64,000 nt of DNA from the human T2T-CHM13v2.0 reference genome, Homo sapiens. The notes beneath the pieces are model-generated. The model was given only the letters and a program-made list of their open reading frames with translations, did no database searches and was not told where the DNA came from. Location of the stretch: NCBI RefSeq assembly GCF_009914755.1, contig NC_060939.1, one strand, 5' to 3'. Shown in pieces: positions 29,276-42,293 of this stretch; the first letter of the stretch is position 1; each line of letters starts with the position of its first letter. The position numbers and the translations under genes were made by a program.

Positions 29276-29816
29276 TGTGATAGTTAATATTGAGTGTCAA
29301 CTTGATTGGATTGAAGGATGCACAGTATTGTTCCTGGATGTGTCTCTGTGAAGGTGTTGCCAAAGGAGATTAAAATTTGAGTCAGTGAATTGGGAGAGAC
29401 AGATTCACCCTCAATCTGGGTGGGCACAATCTAATCAGCTGCACAGTCTCATCAGCTGCTGGTAGAATAAAGCAAGCAGAAGAATATAGAAGGACTAGAC
29501 TGTCTGAGTCTTCCAGCCTTCATCTTTCACCCATGCTAGATGCTTCCTGCCCTTGAACATTGGACTTCAAGCTCTTGTACTCTTGGACTTACACCAGTTG
29601 TTTGCAAGGGGCTCTCAGGCCTTCAGCCCACACTGTTGGCTTCCCGACTTTTGAGGTTTTGGGACTCAGACTAGCTTCCTTGCTCCTCAGCTTGCAGAGG
29701 AACTATTATGGGACTTCACCTTGTGATTGTGTGAGTCCATCCTCCTTAATAAACTCCCTTTTATATATACATCTATCCTATTAGTCCTGTCCTTCTGGGA
29801 AACCCTGACTAATACA
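29276..29816 (+). mobile_element. MLT2A (HERV-L) solo LTR
   Basis: Starts TGTGATAGTTAATATTGAGTGTCAACTTGATTGGATTGAAGGATG, ends AACCCTGACTAATACA; 5-bp TSD ACCAG at 29271-29275 and 29817-29821. Confidence 0.92.
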
Positions 29817-30046
29817 ACCAGTCCTGGGTACCTGGGTTGATTGTATGTCTTTGCTCTTGTGAATACCACAGTGATGAACATTGAAGTGCATGTGTCTTTT
29901 GGTAGAATGATTTATTTTCTTTTGGGTATATACCAGAAATGGGATTGTTGGGTGAAACTGTAGCTCTGTTTTAAGTTATTTGAGAAATTCTCAGACTGTT
30001 TTCCTCAGTGACCGGACTAATTTACATTCCCACCAACAGTGTTTAA

Positions 30047-30455
<409 letters not shown>

Positions 30456-30999
30456 TGATTTGAATTTCTCTGATGATTAGTGATACTAAGAGCATTTTTT
30501 CATATGTTTGTTGACCATTCTATATCTTCTTTTGAAAAGTGCCTCTTAATGGGGTTGATTTTTGCTTGTTGATTTATTTAAGTGCCCTATAGATTCAGGA
30601 TATTAGGCTTCTGTCAAATGCATAGTTTGTCAATGATCTCTGTTCGCCAATGATATGGTTCTATACCTAGAAAATGCCTTCTTTAAGAAAATAAAATTGT
30701 ATTTTGTGGATGTATCACATTTTCCTTATATATCTGCTTTGGGCATTTGGGTTGCTTCTGCCTCTTGGGCATTATGAATAATGCTACAGTGAATATGGAT
30801 ATGCAGATGTATGTTTGAGATCTTGCTTTGAATTACTTTGGATATATACCCAAAAGTGGGATTCCTGGATCATATGGTAATTCTATTGTTAATTTTTCAG
30901 GAACCTCCATACATTTTTCCACAATGGCTGTACCATTTTATGTTCCCATCAACAGCATGCAAAGGTTCCAGTTTCTCCACATTGTCACCAACACTTGCT

Positions 31000-31319
<320 letters not shown>

Positions 31320-31486
31320 TGATACCTCATTATGGTTTTGATTTGCATTTGTTTAGTAATTAGTGATACTGAGCATGTTTTCATATACCTGTTGTCCATT
31401 TGTTTATCTTCTTTGGAAAAAAATCTATTCAATTACTTTGCCCCTTTTTTAAAATTAGGGTTTTTTGTTGTAATCTGAGTTTGTTC

Positions 31487-31752
31487 CCTCCCTCCCTCAC
31501 TCTCTCCCTCCCTCTCTTCCCTCCTTCCCTCCCTCCTTCCTTCCTTCCTTCCTTCCTTCCTTCCTTCCTTCCTTCCTTCCTTCCTTCCTTTCTTCCTTCC
31601 TTCCCTCCCTCCCTGTCTCCCTCCCTGTCTCCCTCCATGTCTCCCTCCCTGTCTCCCTCCCTCCCTCCCTTCTTTTCTCCCTTCCTCCCTCCCTTCCTCC
31701 CTCCCTTTCTCCCTTCCTCCCTTCCTTGATCACATCCACATCCTTCCTTCCT
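31487..31752. repeat. Polypyrimidine/polypurine simple repeat including (TTCC)13
   Basis: Directly visible; probably the expanded tail of the adjacent antisense Alu. Confidence 0.95.
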
Positions 31753-31754
31753 TC

Positions 31755-32030
31755 GTGCTGTGTTGCTCAGCATGGAGAGCAGTGCCAAAATCATGGCTCA
31801 CTGCAGCCTCAACTTTCCAGGTGCCAGAGAGCCTCCCACCTCGTGCTCGTGGGACCACAGGCACATGCCAACACGTCTAGCTAATTGTTTTTTAATTTTT
31901 ATTTTTTGGTAGATATGGGGGTCTCACTGTGTTGCACAGGCTGGTTTCAAACTCATAGGCTCAAGGAATCTTCAAACCATGGCCTCTCAAAGTGTTGACA
32001 TTACAGGCATGAGTTACCATGCCCATCCTG
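31755..32030 (-). mobile_element. Alu (AluJ-like), diverged
   Basis: ATCATGGCTCACTGCAGCCTC...CATTACAGGCATGAGTTACCATGCCC. Confidence 0.85.
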
Positions 32031-33387
32031 CATGTGAAAGCCTTACGAGATATGATATGCAAATATTTCTCTCATTTGGTACGTTTCCTCTTTCATTCTG
32101 TTGATTGTTTCCCTTCATGTACAAACATTTTAGGTTTGATGTAGTCTTGCTTGTCTGTTTTTGCTTTTGTTGGTTATACTTTTAGTGTCACATTCAAAAA
32201 CTTATTGACAAAAACAAGAAGGGTTTCCATGTGTTTTCTTCTAGTTTTACAATGTCAAGATGTATCTTTAAGTACTTAATTTATTTTGAGTTGATTTTTG
32301 TGTATGTTGTAAGGTAAGGATTCAGTTTACTTTTTTTTTTTAATTTGCGGATATCCAGTATGCCAAATATGATTAGTTAGATAAACTGTGCTCTGAGCAC
32401 CCATGTCAAAGATAAATTGAGTAGAGTACATGGATTTATTTCTGCATTCTTCATTCTTTTCCATTAGATTATGTCTGTTTTTTGCCAGTATTCTAGTATT
32501 TTGAATTACTATAGCTTTGTTATATACTTGGAAATCAAGAAGTGCCTCCACCTTTGTGTTTCATGCTGAATATTGATTTAGCTATTTTGGTTCTTTTGTG
32601 GATCCAGATAAATTGTATGATTTTTTTCTCTATTTCTGGAAAAATGTGATTGTGATTTTGATAGGAATTATAGTGAATCAGTAGATAACTTTGGGTAGTA
32701 TGGATATTTTGACAATATTAATTAGTCCCAGTGGTGGTGTTGAGGCCGTGTTGACCTGGAGGCACTGGGGTCAGTGATAGTGTTGTCAAGTTGGCTGCAG
32801 GATGGGATGGTGCCTGGGAGGTCAGTGCATAAAAATCCTATGGATGTGATCAAGGAAAGGGTGATGGAAGGTGATGTGTCCTGTCTGCTTGGTCCTTGTA
32901 GGATCAGGCAGGACATCCTGTAATAAAAGGAGACATTACCTTCGGATGTCCTGAGGGCATGGTGCAGGCACCAGGACTGAGTGGAGGGGAGGAAGCTCAT
33001 GTCTTGAGGTCCTTTGGCTACATGGGGAAGACTGTCTCTGGGCTTGATGCTGAGTTCCAGACTGACGTGCTGGCTGTTGTGATGGTGCTCTCCAGTGCTG
33101 GTTGTGGTTGGTTTTTGGCTAGGTACACCTCACCTGGGACAGTGGCCAAAGACAGTGTCAGTTCCAGACATCAGAAGCCCCATGAGGAAGAGCATGTGCT
33201 CGCGCCAGGAGTGGTGGCTGTTAGGGGAGGGACCTCAGACCTATGTCTGCATGGCCTGAGGTCAGAGTTCACATCCTACTGATTGAAGACCTTGTTCTTG
33301 AGCTGTCCGGTTGCCACAGGGTCGGACCTGGAGGCTGCAGACCATCGTGGCCCTTTGCAGTGTTCGGAAACATATGCGCACCCCAGG

Positions 33388-33391
<4 letters not shown>

Positions 33392-33441
<50 letters not shown>

Positions 33442-33510
33442 AACTCACAAACACAACACACAGACAGAAAATGACAAATAAACACACACACTCACACACA
33501 CACACACAGG
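33392..33510. repeat. (CA)n tract; related tracts recur in each group I unit (~36208, 38870, 41556, 44270, 47000, 49770, 52470, 55109)
   Basis: Directly visible. Confidence 0.9.
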
Positions 33511-33760
33511 AGCCCACAGAAAAAAGCAAATAGACGCAGAAACGGGCACGTGCAGTAGTTCTGGCCACACATGTTCCCTAGGTATCCACAGAATGGCATG
33601 GGTATTGTATATTCATAAAGATGGAGATCAGTCATGGAGGCCAAGGACAAGTAGGTGCACTGGTTGAACTACAGTAGAGAATGGCATGGAAGTGGTGAGC
33701 AATGGACCTGGGCCTGTTTCTCAAGTGTGTATTTGATTTCTTTACAATTCCCCGGAGAAG

Positions 33761-33895
33761 TTGTCATGGGAGGCCAGCCGCCTGCTGGCAAGGAAGATGG
33801 TTGATTCTTCTGATCAATGGAGGCCCTGCAGAGTCCTGTAGTCACTGTGGCCTGGCATCCATGGTGCACCCAATGCTGGTGGATGGCTTAGGACG
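33761..33895 (+). other. Host exon before SNORD116-1; canonical acceptor mutated
   Basis: Donor ACG|GTAAGC intact; CAG reads CCG at 33752-33754; only GAG/AAG remain. Confidence 0.5.
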
Positions 33896-34134
33896 GTAAG
33901 CATTCCTCTGCCCCACGTGCTGAATGAGAGTGGCTTTTGGATGTCCTATACCTTCAAGGAGCTGTTTGTCAGCAGCGAATGACATGGCAAGTTCCACTCC
34001 TAGAGTGGATGGTCTGTGCCCATTGCTCAGTGGTGCAGCTCTGGCTTCCCCAGCATGCTGAATGTCTTTAAGGTCATCAGCTCGCCCCTTCCCAGCCTGT
34101 GGTGTCAAATGTCTTGCCCCTTGTCAAATGTGCT

Positions 34135-34231
34135 TGGATCGATGATGAGTCCCCTATAAAAACATTCCTTGGAAAAGCTGAACAAAATGAGTGAGAACTC
34201 ATAACGTCATTCTCATCGGAACTGAGGTCCA
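34135..34231 (+). ncRNA. SNORD116-1: C/D snoRNA SNORD116-1
   Basis: TGGATCG-ATGATGA...CTGA-GGTCCA, 97 nt; first copy of the array. Confidence 0.97.
34188..34205 (+). promoter_or_regulatory. ZNF274-binding motif, one mismatch
   Basis: TGAGTGAGAACTCATAAC versus the reported motif TGAGTGAGAACTCATACC (recalled). Confidence 0.6.
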
Positions 34232-36486
34232 GCATGTTGCTTCCTCTGGGGCCTGTAGGAGTGAGGGACAACTTCCACTGATTCCCATAGGTTCCACCAC
34301 CCAGGGCATCCACAGACAAAAGTCTCGTGTCACAGGCACGTTAGGAACATTCCCTCTGTGTGAGGTACATGGGTGGGAGAGTGATGGGGGATTCGGCCGC
34401 TCTGTGATGGCGTGGTGGCCGTGGAAGCAGGCAGAAATGTTGCAGGCCTAGGGGAAGTGGAAATGTTGCCAGCACAGGGGTGTGTGCTACTGGTAAGCTC
34501 CCAGAAGGAAGACCCGGACCTCACAGTGGTCATCTCAGTGCAGAAGACCAGGTGTCTGTTTTCATGTCGAGGAGAGCCCAAGGCCCAGACCTCAGGCAGA
34601 CCTTGGTGTTGATTTTTGATTAGTTGAGAACAGGGGAGTGCCAAGGTGTTAGGGGAGAGTGCAGAGCAATAGGTGTCGGGGCAAACAGTGAAAGCCTCTT
34701 CAGCCTACCCTGCAGCATTGGTCACCAGGAGCCCTCCTGGAAGGGATTTCTTTGCCTCCTGAGCTGTGAGATGCCTGTGGTGCAGTGGCAGAGGCCTAGG
34801 TAGGAAGGTACTCCAGGGGAAAGGTGGTAGAGGGATCACATGGACATGAGTGTCATTAGCAGGCTTGGGCTGTCATTCAGGGGTGATGGGCTTCCCATGG
34901 ATTTTTCTGGTGGAAGACAGGTTGGCCAGCAGGGGTCTTCGAGGCCAGGTCCTGGGGAGCACGAGGATCGAGTTGGTGCCCGTGGCCCTGGGTCACTTCC
35001 AGTCTTCCCAGGAGAGTAATGGGCTCCTCCATTGTGCAAATCTTCCTATAAATGGTCTCTTGGCCCGCCATTATTGGGCGGCTCCACCTGCTGCAGCTTG
35101 TATGAGCAAATACTGCTCTGGATCCTCTTTCCTGCTTGGAAAGCAGCTTCAGTCCTGAAGGTCCAGAGTGAATGTGCCCTGACCCTGGCTCTGGCCCAAG
35201 TCTGTGCCGTAGGTACTCGTCACACTTGGAGCTATCCATGGAGGTCTGTGTGCATTCCAGGCAACACGGGTGCAATCCCAGGGGTGCTGCCACAGAGTCC
35301 TTTTACTTGGGATGCCTCACACCTCTGCATGTTGGCAATATTTAAGTGTTGGAGTCCACTACACCCTAGGGGTGATGAACTGTTTTGGCTCCCTTAACCG
35401 GTTTGAAGTCTCAGCGCAGCCAGGACAGCCATGCCATGTTGAAGGGCATGCAGATGGCTTAGGAATGTTGGAAAGGATGGGTGGTTCTGAGCTCGCAGCT
35501 CACTCACTAGCTGCATGCATGTAGACCCAGTGGTGGTGTTCAGGTAGTGTTGACTTTGAGGCATTGCGGCGGGTAGTAGTGCAGTCAAGTTGGCTGCATA
35601 ATGGGATGTTGCCTCAGAGGTCAGTACAGGATAGCCCTGTGGGTGTGTCCAATGCAAGGAAAATGAAAGGCAGTGTATCCCATCCGCCTGGTCCTTGGGA
35701 CATCGGTAGGGGGGACGTCCCATTGGAAAAGCAGCCATTCCGTTTGTGTGTCGAGAGGGCATAGTGCAGGCACATGGACTGAGTGGAGGGGAGGAAGGCT
35801 GTGTCTTGAGGTCCTTTGGCTAGATTGGGAAGACCACCTCTGGCCTTGACGCCAAGTTTCAGGCTGATGTGCTGGCCATTGCAAAGGCGCCCTCCAGCAC
35901 AGGTTGTGATTGGTTTTCCACCAGGTACGCCTCACCTGAGAGGGCGGCTAGAGACAGTGTCTGCTCAGGACATCAGATGTCCCGTGAGGAGGAGTGTGTA
36001 CTCACACCAGGGGAGTTGACTGGTAGGCGAGCCACCTTGGGCCTATGTCCGCATGGTCTCCAGGTCAAAATTCACATCCTACTGATTGAAGGCCTTGGTC
36101 TTCAGCTGTTGGGTTGGCGTGGTGTCAGGCCAGGAGGCTGCAGACTATGACTGCCTGTTGCAGTGTTGGGAAACACACATGTTAGGAAACACATGTGCAT
36201 GAGGGAGACACACACACACACATTCATACACACACACACACACACACAGAGGCATGCCGAGCCACAGGCAAATACATGCAGCAATGGGCGTATGTGACCA
36301 CGTGCACTTTTAGGTATCCACAGAGTAACACATGTAAGATATATTCATGGAGATGGAGGTCAGTCGTGGAAGCCAAGGAATAACGGGTGTGCAAGTTGCC
36401 CAACGGGAAAGAATGGGATTGAAGTGTTGACCAGTGGACCTGAGCCCATTTCTCAAGCGTTTATTTGATTTCTTTACACTTCTCAG

Positions 36487-36626
36487 AGGCAGTTGCTGTG
36501 GGAGGTGTGGTAACTGCTGGAAGGAAGATGCTCAATTCTTCTGAGCAACGAAGGCCACACGGAGTCCTGGATTCTGTGTGGCCTGGCATCCATGGCGCAC
36601 TGTGTGCTGGCAGGTGGCTCAGGACG
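36487..36626 (+). other. Host exon before SNORD116-2 (140 nt)
   Basis: TTTGATTTCTTTACACTTCTCAG| ... ACG|GTAAGC. Confidence 0.75.
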
Positions 36627-36867
36627 GTAAGCATTTCTCTGCCCAGTATGCTGAATGAGGGTGTCTTTCGGATTTCCAAGACCCGCAAGGAGCAGTTTCT
36701 CAGCTAACCACTAATGGCATGGCGAGTTCCTCTCCTAGAGTGGATAGTCTGTGCTCATTGCTCAGTGGCATCGCTCTAGTGGGGCCGAAGGTCTTTAAGG
36801 TCATTGGCTCACCCACTGCCTAGCCTGTGGTGTCAAATATCCTGCCCCTTGCCCCTTCAAATGTGCT

Positions 36868-36964
36868 TGGATCGATGATGAGTCCCCAAAAAAAACATTC
36901 CTTGGAAAAGCTGAACAAAATGAGTGAAAACTCATACCGTCATTCTCATCGGAACTGAGGTCCA
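36868..36964 (+). ncRNA. SNORD116-2: C/D snoRNA SNORD116-2
   Basis: Boxes C/D and terminal stem, 97 nt. Confidence 0.97.
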
Positions 36965-39141
36965 GCACGTTGCCTTCCCCGGGGACTGTAGGAGTGAGGG
37001 ACAACTTCCACTGATTCCCATAGGTTCCACCACCCAAGGCATCCACAGCCAAAGTCTCCCATCAAATGCTCATTAGGAACATTCCCTTTTTGTGAGGTAC
37101 ACAGGTAGGAGAGTCCTGGGGGGAACGGCTGCTCTGTGATGGCCTGGTGGCCATGGAAGCAGACAGAAATATCGCAGGCCTAGGGTAGTGTGCGCCTGAT
37201 CTTGGCTTGGTGAGCTCCTAGGAAGGGAGACGCGGACCTCGTGGCAGGCGTCTCTGAGCAGAGGACTGAGTCCTTGTTTTCTTGCCGGGGAGAGCACAAG
37301 GCCCAGGCCTCAGGCAGATGTTGGTCCTGATTTTTGATTAGCTGAGGACAAGGGAGTGCCAAGGGTGATGGGGGACAGTGTATAACAAAGGGTGTTGTGA
37401 CAGAGAGCCAAAGCCTCTTTGGCCCTCCACCCAGCATCCAGTCATGGAGGCCCCCCAGCAGGGATTTCTTCATCCCCTGAGCCGTGAGATGCCCCTGGTG
37501 CTATGGTGGAAGCCTGGACTGGAAGGTACTCCACAGAAGAGGTGGTAGGGGGCTTATGTGGACATGTGTGTCATCAGCAGTCTTGGGCTGTTGTTCAGCG
37601 TTGATGGGCTTTCCATTTATTTCTCTAGTGGATGACAAGTTGGCCAGCAGAGGTGTCAGAGGGCAGGTTCCAGGGAATACAAGGGTCAGACTTGTGCTCC
37701 TGGCCCTTGGTCACTTCTCGTCTTCCTGACAGAGTAGTGGGCTCCACTGTTGGGCACATCTTCCTGGAAGTCGTCTCTTGGCCCGCCATTGCCGAGCGGC
37801 CACACCTGCTGCAGCTCGTGTGAGCAAATATGGCTCTGGATCCTCTTTCCTGCTTTGAAAGCAGCTTCCATCCTGAAGGCGTCCAGAGGGTATGTGTCCT
37901 GGCCCTGGCCAGGAACTCTGCTGTGGGCATTGGTCACACGTGGCTATCCATGGAGATCCGGGTGCATTCCAGGCAACATTCTAGGGGCCTGCCATGGAGA
38001 GTTCGTTGACTTGGGATGCCCCTGCACCTCCCATGTTGGTGATGTTCCAGTGTTGCATTCTGCTACACCCTAAGGGTGATGAAGCATTTCAGCTCCCTTA
38101 AACAGTTTGATGTCACAGTGCAGCCAGGACAGCCATATCATGTTGAGGGGCCCACGACTGCATTAGGAATGTTGGAAGGGATTGGTGGTTCTGCAGATCG
38201 CAGCTCATTAGTAGCTGTTTACTTGTAGACCTGGTGATGGTGCTGAGGCAGTGTTGACTTGCAGGAGTTGGGATGGGTGGTAATGCAGTCAAGTTGGCTG
38301 CATGATGGGATGTTGCCTCAGAGTTCTGTGCAGAGAAGCCCTGTGGGTGTAACCAGTGCAAGGACCATGGAAGGCAGTGTGTCCTGTCAACCTGGTCCTT
38401 GGGGAAGGGACGTCCTGTTGGAAAACAGCCATTCCCTTCGGTTGTCCTGAAGGTGCAGTGCGGGCATGTGGACTGAGTGGAGGAAGCCCATGTCTTGAGA
38501 TCCTTTGGCTAGGTTGGGAAGATTGCCTCTGGCTTGATGCCATTTTCAGACCTATGGGTTGGTAATTGTGAAGGCGCCCTCACGTGCTGGTTGTGGTTGG
38601 TTTTCCGCCAAGTGAGCCTCACCTGGGAGTGCAGCCAGAGACAGTGTCAGGTCACAACATCAGATGCCCCATGAGGAGGAGCATGTGCTCACTCCAGGGG
38701 TGGTGGCTGTTAGGTGAGGGACCTCAGGCCTATGTCCTCCTGGCCTGATTTTACATCCTACTGATTGAAGACCTTGGTCTTGAGCCTTCGGGTTGCAGGG
38801 GCTTCAGGTCTGGAGGCTGCAGACTATGGCCTCCTGTTGCGGTGTTGGGAAACACATGTGCATGAGGGAAACACACATACACTATCACACACACAAACAG
38901 GCGCTCACAGCCACAGGCAAATATACGTAGCACCACGTGCGTGTGGTCGTTCCGGCCACACGTGCTTCCTAGGTGTCTAGAAAGTGACACAGTCAGATAC
39001 ATTTATAAAGATGGAGGTCCATAATGGAGGCCAAGGAGAAGCGGGCATGTGTGTTGCTCTGTGGAAGAGAGTGGCGTTGAAGTGACCAGTGAACCTGGGC
39101 CCATTTCTCAAGCATGCATTTGATTTCTTTACACTTCTCAG

Positions 39142-39281
39142 GGGCAGTTATCATGGGACACCCGCCATATGCTGGCAAGGAAGATGGTCAGTTCTTCTGA
39201 GCCACAAAGGCCCCCAACATCCTGGAGTTGGTGTTGCCTAGCATCCACGGTGCGCCCCCTGCTGGTGGATGGCTCAGGATG
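39142..39281 (+). other. Host exon before SNORD116-3 (140 nt)
   Basis: CACTTCTCAG| ... ATG|GTAAGC. Confidence 0.75.
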
Positions 39282-39517
39282 GTAAGCATTCCTCCGCCGC
39301 ACATGCTGAGTGGGGGTGGGATTTCCAAGACCTGCAAGGAGCTGTTTCTCAGCAGGCCACTGATGGCATGGCGAGTTCCACTCCTAAAGTGAACGGTCTG
39401 TGCCCATTGTTCAGTGGTGCAGCTCTGGCTTCCCCAGCGTGCGGAGGGTTTTTAAGGTCATCGGCTTGCCCACTGCCCAGCCTGTGGTGTCAAATATCCT
39501 GCCCCTTCAAATGTGCT

Positions 39518-39614
39518 TGGATCGATGATGAGTCCCCCATAAAAACATTCCTTGGAAAAGCTGAACAAAATGAGTGAGAACTCATACCGTCGTTCTCATC
39601 GGAACTGAGGTCCA
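39518..39614 (+). ncRNA. SNORD116-3: C/D snoRNA SNORD116-3
   Basis: Boxes C/D and terminal stem, 97 nt. Confidence 0.97.
39571..39588 (+). promoter_or_regulatory. ZNF274-binding motif
   Basis: Exact TGAGTGAGAACTCATACC. Confidence 0.75.
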
Positions 39615-41554
39615 GCACATTGCCTCCCCCGGGGACTGTAGGAGCGAGGGACAACTTCCACTGGTTCCCAGAGGTTCTACCACTCAGGGCGTCCATGGAT
39701 GAAAGTCTCACATCACAGGCACAATAGAAATATTCCCTCTGTGTGAGGTATACAAGTAGGAGAGTCATGGGGGGATTGGCTGCTCTGTGATGTCGTGGCA
39801 ACTGTAGAAGTGGGTGGAAATGCAGACCTAGGGGAGTGTGCGGCTGGCCTTGGCTTGGTGAGCTGCCAGGAAGGGAGACCCTGACCTCCTGATGGGCCTC
39901 TCTATGTGGCGGACCAGGTCTTTTTTTTATGCCAAGGAGAGCACAAGGCCCAGACCTCAGACAGACCTTGGTCTTGATTTTCAGTTATCTGAGGAGAGGG
40001 GAGTGCCAAAGTGATGGGGGACAGTGGAGAGCAATGGGTGTTGTGGCAGACAGCCAAAGCCTCTTTGGCCCTCCCCCCAGTGTTGGTTACAGGGGCCCCT
40101 GGCAGCAATTTCTTTGGCTCCTGAGCCATGAGTTATCCATGGTGTGGTGGCTCAGCCTGGGCAGGACAGTACCCCAGAGAAAAGGTGGTAGAGGGCTCAC
40201 ATGGACACGCGTGTCATCAGTGGTCTTGGGCTGTCATTTGGCAGTGATGGGCTTTCCATGGATTTCTATTGTGGATGACAGGTTAGCCAGTGGGGCCTTC
40301 AAGGGCAGATCCAAGGAGCATGAGTGTTGGGCTGTAGCCCGTGGCCCTCGGTCACTTCTGGTCTTCCCGGCAGAATAGTGGGCTCCACCGTTGTGCACAT
40401 CTTCCTGGAAATGGTCTCTTGGCCCTCCATTGCTGAGCAGCCCCACATGCTGCAGCTCTTGTGAGCAAATAACTGCTTTGGATCTTCCGTCCTGCTTTGA
40501 AAGTGGCTTCCATCCTGAAGACTTTCAGAGGGAATGTGCCCTGGCCCTGGCCCTGGCTCGGAACTCTCCTGTGGGATTCGGTCACACTTGGAGCTGTCCA
40601 TGGGGGTCTGTGTGCAGTCCAGACAATGCATATTTAATCCTAGGTGCCTTCCATAGAGAGTCCCTTGATTTGAGTTGCCTCTACTCCTCTGCATGTTGGT
40701 GATACTCAAGTGTTGGATTTAGCTACGCCCTAGGTGTGATGAACTGTTTCAACCCCGTTAGTCTCAGCGTAGCCAGGATAGTCATGCCATGTTGAAGGGC
40801 ATGCAGATGGCTTAGGAAAGTTGGAAAGGATTGGTCATTCTGCGGCTCGTGGCTCACTTAGTAGCCATGTGCATGTAGACCTGGTGGTGGTTGTCAGATG
40901 TCGTTGAGCAGGTGTTGGGGAGGATGGTCCTGCATCCAAGTTGGCTGCGTGGTGGGATGTTGCGTCGGAGGTCGGTGCAAGGAAGGCCTTTGAGTGTGAT
41001 CGATGCAAGGATGATGGAAGGCACTGTGTCCTGTCTGCCTGGTGTTTGGGGCGTTAGGCAGGGATGTCCCATGGGAAAAGCAGCCATTCCCTTTGGGTGT
41101 CCTGAGGACATGGTGCAGGTACATGGACTGAGTGGAGGAGAGGAAGCCCGTGTCTTGAGGTCATTTGCCTAGGTTGGGCAGACTGCCTGTGGCCTTGATG
41201 CTGAGTTTCAGAGTGACGTGCTGGCCGTTGCAAAGGCGCCCTCCAGTGCTGGTTGTGTTTGGTTTTGTGCCAGGTGTGCCTTTCCTGGGAGTGCTGCCAG
41301 AGACAGTGTCTGGTCACGACATCAGATGCCCCGTGAGGAGGAGCTTATGCTCAGGCTAGGGATGGTGGCTGTTATGTGAGGGCCCTTGGGCCTATGTCTG
41401 CATGGCCTCGAGGTCAGAGTTTACATCCTGCTGATTGAAGGCCTTGGTCTTGAATTGTTGGGTTGGTAGGGGCTCAGGTCTGGAGGCCGCAGACTATGAC
41501 TGCATGTTGCCATGTTGGGAAACTCGTGTTGGGAAACACATGTGCATGAGGGAG

Positions 41555-41585
<31 letters not shown>

Positions 41586-41813
41586 GCCACTCAGCAATGT
41601 GTGTGTGCGCGGTCGGTCTGGCGCCACACACAGCTCCAAGCTGTTTGCAGAGTGCCACTGGTAAGGTACATTCATGGAAACAGAGGTCACTCATGGAGGC
41701 CAACAGAAGCAAGGCGTGCAAGTTGCCACGCATGAAAGAATGGCACTGAAGTAGTGACCAGTGGACCTGGGCCTGTTTCTCAAGCGTACATTTGATTTCT
41801 TTATACTTCTCAG

Positions 41814-41953
41814 GGGCAGTTGCCGTGGGAGGCCCGCTGCCTGCTGGAAGGAAGATGGTCAGTTCTTCTGAACCACAAAGGCCCTGCAGAGTCCTGGAGT
41901 CTGTGTGGCCTGGCTTCCAGGGTTCACCTCATGCTGGTGGATTGCTCAGGATG
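41814..41953 (+). other. Host exon before SNORD116-4 (140 nt)
   Basis: TACTTCTCAG| ... ATG|GTAAGC. Confidence 0.75.
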
Positions 41954-42195
41954 GTAAGCATTCCTCTGCCCCATGTGCTGAGTGACGGTGTCTTTTGGAT
42001 TTCCAAGACCCATAATGAGCTGTTTCTCATGAGGCCACTAATGGCATGGTGAGTTGCATTCCTTGAGCAAATGGTCTCTGCCTTTTGCTCAGTGCCATGG
42101 TTCTATCTTCCCCAGGGTGCCGAAGGTCTTTAAGGTCGTCAGCTCACCTACTGCCCAGCCTGTGGTGTCAAATGTCCTGCCTCTTCAAATGTGTT

Positions 42196-42293
42196 TGGAT
42201 CGATGATGAGTCCCCCCAAAAAAACATTCCTTGGAAAAGCTGAACAAAATGAGTGAAAACTCATACCGTCGTTCTCAGCGGAACTGAGGTCCA
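42196..42293 (+). ncRNA. SNORD116-4: C/D snoRNA SNORD116-4
   Basis: Boxes C/D and terminal stem, 98 nt. Confidence 0.97.

Noticed and set aside
31400-31794. PSFL and GRKE repeat ORFs
   Set aside because: Translations of the (TTCC)n tract
34166-34175. TTCCTTGGAA (STAT6-like TTC-N4-GAA) in 14 of 15 copies
   Set aside because: Lies in the D' guide region, so conservation is explained at the RNA level; no independent support for a DNA role
34291-34364. Possible second exon ~60 nt after group I snoRNAs (CCCATAG| ... GAG|GTACAT)
   Set aside because: Weak pyrimidine tract, and the donor is lost in several units
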